DNA from: Antedon mediterranea
Taxonomy: Eukaryota > Animalia > Echinodermata
NCBI RefSeq assembly: GCF_964355755.1
Contig: NC_092671.1
Location: 23,262,070-23,326,069, forward strand
Reading direction: 5' to 3'
DNA length: 64,000 nucleotides
This document shows, piece by piece, positions 61,607 through 64,000 of this stretch. The position numbers were made by a program, and so were the translations under genes. Position 1 is the stretch's first letter; each line of letters starts with the position of its first letter. Below the pieces are notes generated by a model, which saw only the letters and a list, made by a program, of their open reading frames with translations, had not been told where the DNA came from and ran no database searches.

Positions 61607-64000
61607 TTGATTGATTGATTGATTTTATTCGATATTCATACATAAAAGTTAAAATATACAATGTATAAAAAAGAATACCTGGATAACCCATTAAGTCGAC
61701 AAAAAAGTAAACTTATTTCCAATGGGGTCCAATCCGTAATGACTGAAAAGTGAGTGGTTGGGCCTAGTACAATTATCATTAAGTATGACTCAGTAAAAAT
61801 GAAAAAACAAGAAAATACATACAAGACAAGATAACATAAAAAAAACAATATTAAAAATAACTTAATTAAACTGAAATTCCAAGCTGTTCATTATTAAAAT
61901 ATTCTTTAAGTTTTATTTTGAAGGTTGCATTATTTTGTATTGATTTGAGTGAATTGGGGAGCCTGTTCCAGTCACGGATACCTAAGAAATAAAAAGTCGT
62001 ATCATTAACGCCAGTAGCCTTAGGAGTGACAAAATTAAATGTTGTACCCCAGGTGAAATGGTTATGATGATCAGAAATTAACAAAAAGTTATCCTTAAGG
62101 AAAGAAGGCGTATTAAAGTTATAACGAATTTTGTGAACATAATTTAATCTCAAAAACTTATTTCTGAGGCTGACATTAAGAAACCCAAGATCGGAAAGCT
62201 CTTTGGCACCTATGTGAGACCTCGGACCAACATTTAAAATGAAACGTGCCATCTTGTTTTGGGCAGTTTGTAATTTATTCTTACCAACTGTACATTGTAT
62301 TAAAGCAGTGCTTAATAGTTTACGACATTTTTTATTCAAGTACGAACTTTGCCTATGTAAAAACTTCAACCTTGACTTAACTTTACTGATAACACTAGTT
62401 GCAATAATATCACATGATACATATTGGTCTAAATCAATACCCAAATATTTAACTTGTTTAGTACTTTTGATTCTACGGCCCATTAATTCTACAGAAAACT
62501 CTTTAACTTTGTTAAGCTTCGCTCTGCTACCAAAGATAATACTTTCGGTTTTGCCAACATGTAAAGATAATTTGTTTTCAGTTAACCAGTCCTGGCACTT
62601 AGCTAGGACAGTACTTAATTTATGAGCGATTTTGGTGGCATCGTGATGAGAATACAGAATCGTAGAATCATCAGCATAAAGCAATAATTGAACATCAGAA
62701 TCAATACAAGAAGCAATATCATTTAAATAACATAGAAAAAGAATAGGGCCCAAGATGCTACCTTGCGGTACACCATGAGTAACTATAAGAGGTTCAGAGC
62801 AGGTACCATTCACACTGACAACTTGTGTGCGGTTAGCGAGATAAGATTGAAACCAGTCAGTACGCTTAAAACCCATGCATTTTAGCTTGTTAATTAAAAT
62901 CACATGACCGACGGTATCGAAAGCTTTTTGTAAGTCAATTAGAACCATTCCAGTAAGAAGGCCTTTGGACTTATTGTTTTTTAAACCGTCGATGAGATTT
63001 ATGAGGTTGCTTTCAGTTGAATGGGCCTGCCGAAAACCGGATTGATAGGCATAAAGTATATTATTTTTGGAAAGATACCTTTCAACTTGTATAGCTACAG
63101 ATTTTTCAAGAATCTTAGATACCGTAGGCAGAATACTAATCGGCCGATAATTCTCAACACTTGTTCTAGTATTTTTCTTAAATAGAGGGGTTACTTTACC
63201 AGTTTTAAGATCATGAGGAAAACAATTAGTTTTAAACGAACGGTTAATGATATGAGCTATCGGTTCAGCCAAGATTATCGCATCGTCACGTAAAAATCTT
63301 GAGGGAATATTATCTAGACCGACGCTTTTGTTTACATAAAAATTCTATTGTAACAGGCTCTAGCTTAAACATTTTTCCTTTTAATTTAACGTAGTATTTA
63401 TGAAGATCGTTAGTGGACATGGTGAAAAAACCTATGCATTTTGGAAGTTTTTTGACGAGTGTTGACGCAACATTCATGAAAAACTCATTAAAACGAGAGG
63501 CAACGCCTTTTGGACAGAAAGTTTGTTTACCATTGTCATCGAGAACGATTTCTTCTCGTATCCGAGCTGTTTGAGGGTTTTCCATAATTTTTTAGGGTTG
63601 TCTTTATTTTCATCAATCTTATTGAGAAAATAATTAGATTTAGCTTTTTTTATCAGCCGCTGAGCTTTGTTCCTAGAGGCACAATAATATTTGTATATAT
63701 CTAGATTAGATTTATCTTTCTTGAATTTTTTTAAAAGTGTGTCTCTTACTTTGATTTCATTAGCAATTTCGGAGGTAAACCAGGGTGCTATGTTTTGTTT
63801 AAGTCTAACTTTTTTTATTGGCGCTATTGAGTCGATCACCATAATGATGATATCTTTAAGAGTTAACCACGCGATATTTACATCGTCATTATTAGTGACA
63901 ACAGACCAATCGATATCGTTAAGTTTTTCAAGATAGTTATTTACATTATAGTTTTTTAAAGATCGTAATTTAGCGGAGTTGTGTTCATTTTTATGAACAT
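61607..64000 (-). mobile_element. CR1/L2-group LINE with a disrupted reverse transcriptase (ORF 61866-63272 plus upstream frameshifted pieces)
   Basis: NYRPISIL, QSGFR, IDLQKAFDTV, GVPQGSILGP and LYADD motifs; AATAAA with an (AATC)n tail; frameshifts near 63310 and 63560. Confidence 0.92.

Overview
This is AT-rich eukaryotic (invertebrate animal) genomic DNA, not prokaryotic. Most of it appears to be the large 5' introns of a minus-strand TANC/rolling-pebbles-like gene. The gene is supported by a RING-finger exon at 33959-34103, a probable next exon at 1453-1569 and a putative promoter near 54.8-55.0 kb. The introns hold nested transposons: Academ-like elements (one with an XPG-nuclease/Cys8 remnant and a 53-bp tandem array), a Sola3 element, an EnSpm-like element, and Harbinger/ISL2EU/Kolobok/Tc2 MITEs. 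There are also several non-autonomous Helentron/Helitron families, four LINE fragments and a tRNA-derived SINE. Two signals stand out. First, a rolling-circle-type repeat has a terminal 37-nt hairpin that occurs in flip, flop and deleted states. Second, TA-x-TA micro-insertions (TACAGTA, TAGGCCTA) look like excision footprints and cluster beside promoter-like islands. All family assignments come from recognising motifs, TIRs and TSDs by eye; no database searches were run.
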